A stretch of 64,000 nucleotides of DNA, from assembly GCA_041738235.1 (NCBI GenBank), contig JBGSQF010000013.1:321899-385898 (forward strand), in the 5' to 3' direction. Both the position numbers and the translations under genes were made by a program. Below, in pieces: positions 62,816-64,000 of this stretch. How positions within the stretch are numbered: the first letter of the stretch is position 1; each line of letters starts with the position of its first letter. The notes below the pieces were generated by a model, which worked only from the letters and a program-made list of their open reading frames with translations, was not told where the DNA came from and did not search any database. This DNA comes from Minisyncoccia bacterium. GTDB taxonomy: Bacteria > Patescibacteriota > Minisyncoccia > Moranbacterales > GCA-2747515.

Positions 62816-63892
62816 TTATTTATGATCTATACCCTGACTAACCTTCTTTGACTTGCTTAATACTTCTATCCCCGGCATCCTCTCCCCGCCCAAAAAATCG
62901 AGCATCGCTCCTCCACCAGTTGAAACAAAAGAGATCTTCTCCATCAATCCCATTTCTTCCAATGCCTGCACCGATTCCCCACCACCAACGATCGAGTATG
63001 CATCCAATCTAGCAATGGCTTGTGCTATTTCATGTGTTCCGCGAGCATAACGAGTGTCCTCAAACATACCCATAGGACCATTCCATATGATCGTCTCTGC
63101 CAATTTCATCTTTTCAATAAAGAGATCTATTGTTTTTGGACCGATGTCCAAACGATCGTCCACGAAGTCCACTGGAAGAAATACTCTATCAGAAAATTGT
63201 ATGCCCTCATCTATCGCTTCATTCGCTATCTTTCCACCCACCAGAATTATATCATACTCTTTTTCCAACCTCCTCAGAAGTGGAAGCTTGGTTTCGATCT
63301 TCGCCCCACCAATGACCGCCACTGCAGGACGTTTTGGCTGAGTTAGAATCTGAGAAAGATATTCCACTTCCTGTTGCAAGTGAAGTCCTGAAAAGCTTGG
63401 CAAAAATTTCGTTATTCCCGTAACAGATGCTTGATCCCTATGACATACACTAAAAGCGTCATTGATGAACACATCAAATGAAGATGCGATCGCTTGGGCA
63501 AAGTCGTTATCGTTCTCTTCTTCCCCCGGATAGAATCGTACGTTCTCAAGTAAAAGAACCGACCTTGTGGGTACCTCATCAAGAGCTTTTTTGATCTCCT
63601 TCTGAGAGATGTCCGACACAAAGATAGCCTGATACCCCAAAACACGCACGATATCGTCCAAAATATTTTTCAAAGAAAGACTTGGATCCGGCTTTCCGTC
63701 AGGACGACCGAGATGCGTGATAAGCGTCACGCTATGAGCCCCTTTTGACAAAACGTATTCGATGCTCTTTTTTGAACTCTCCACTTTATATCGCTCCGTA
63801 ATATCGCCGTTTTTAAGCGTTACATTAAAATCTACTCGCATAAGCACCTTCTTTCCCACATATTCAACATCTTGCATTTTCTTCAGCTCCAT
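62816..63892 (-). CDS. pgk: phosphoglycerate kinase
   Basis: VLMRVDFNV N-terminal motif, HLGRP, C-terminal GGGESVQALEEMGL...STGGGAMLDFLGG. Confidence 0.85.
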   Translation of the reverse strand: MELKKMQDVEYVGKKVLMRVDFNVTLKNGDITERYKVESSKKSIEYVLSKGAHSVTLITHLGRPDGKPDPSLSLKNILDDIVRVLGYQAIFVSDISQKEIKKALDEVPTRSVLLLENVRFYPGEEENDNDFAQAIASSFDVFINDAFSVCHRDQASVTGITKFLPSFSGLHLQQEVEYLSQILTQPKRPAVAVIGGAKIETKLPLLRRLEKEYDIILVGGKIANEAIDEGIQFSDRVFLPVDFVDDRLDIGPKTIDLFIEKMKLAETIIWNGPMGMFEDTRYARGTHEIAQAIARLDAYSIVGGGESVQALEEMGLMEKISFVSTGGGAMLDFLGGERMPGIEVLSKSKKVSQGIDHK

Positions 63893-64000
63893 ACAGAGTA
63901 CTTTATATTTAACACTGCTCAGAACAAAACTTAATATTCACATTATACTATTCAAAAAGCAAAACCCCAAGCATTCTCTCTGGAGCACCTTTATCCCATA

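Overview
This 64-kb window is low-GC (about 40-45%) and gene-dense. Its content looks like a reduced-genome, probably monoderm bacterium. Gene content, small paralogous surface proteins and patchy high-GC insertions suggest a Candidate Phyla Radiation / Patescibacteria-like (possibly Saccharibacteria-like) episymbiont, but this is inference only. Annotation was done by eye; coordinates of non-ORF features may be off by 1-3 nt.

Recognisable housekeeping genes:
- A truncated dcw cluster, mraZ-rsmH-ftsL-ftsI-murF, and gyrB.
- rpmB (ribosomal protein L28, 57 aa, missed by the ORF track).
- smpB followed by a tmRNA (ssrA), then infC-rpmI-rplT and miaA.
- pyrB and gatB.
- A 7-kb minus-strand run of deoxynucleotide-metabolism genes: folA, tmk, thyA, dcd, two Nudix hydrolases, an HD phosphohydrolase, a nucleoside 2-deoxyribosyltransferase-like protein, a CYTH-domain protein and a T4-like dNMP kinase.
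- rplA-rplK-nusG-secE, and eno-pgk.

Accessory content:
- A tRNA-Glu(CUC) followed by a 3.9-kb island bounded by two copies of a ~137-nt structured direct repeat. The repeats carry the tRNA 3' end, and a decayed inverted copy of that end lies just after the first repeat. The island encodes a secreted repeat protein, a CHAP-domain hydrolase and a membrane protein.
- A 1258-aa surface protein (beta-propeller plus Kelch repeats) whose signal peptide is out of frame across an A7 tract.
- A VirB4/VirD4-like type IV secretion ATPase with neighbouring small genes.
- An RND efflux pair, a GT-C-type glycosyltransferase candidate and a GT4 glycosyltransferase.
- Two small membrane-protein genes at 62-63% GC in the AT-rich background.
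- A tandem array of five paralogous secreted proteins (58262-61464) that share a conserved C-terminal two-helix membrane hairpin module and differ in their N-terminal ectodomains. This array is the best candidate for an undescribed system. One member is a 465-aa chimera with Cys-rich repeats and Ig-like domains.

No rRNA, CRISPR array or transposase/integrase was seen.
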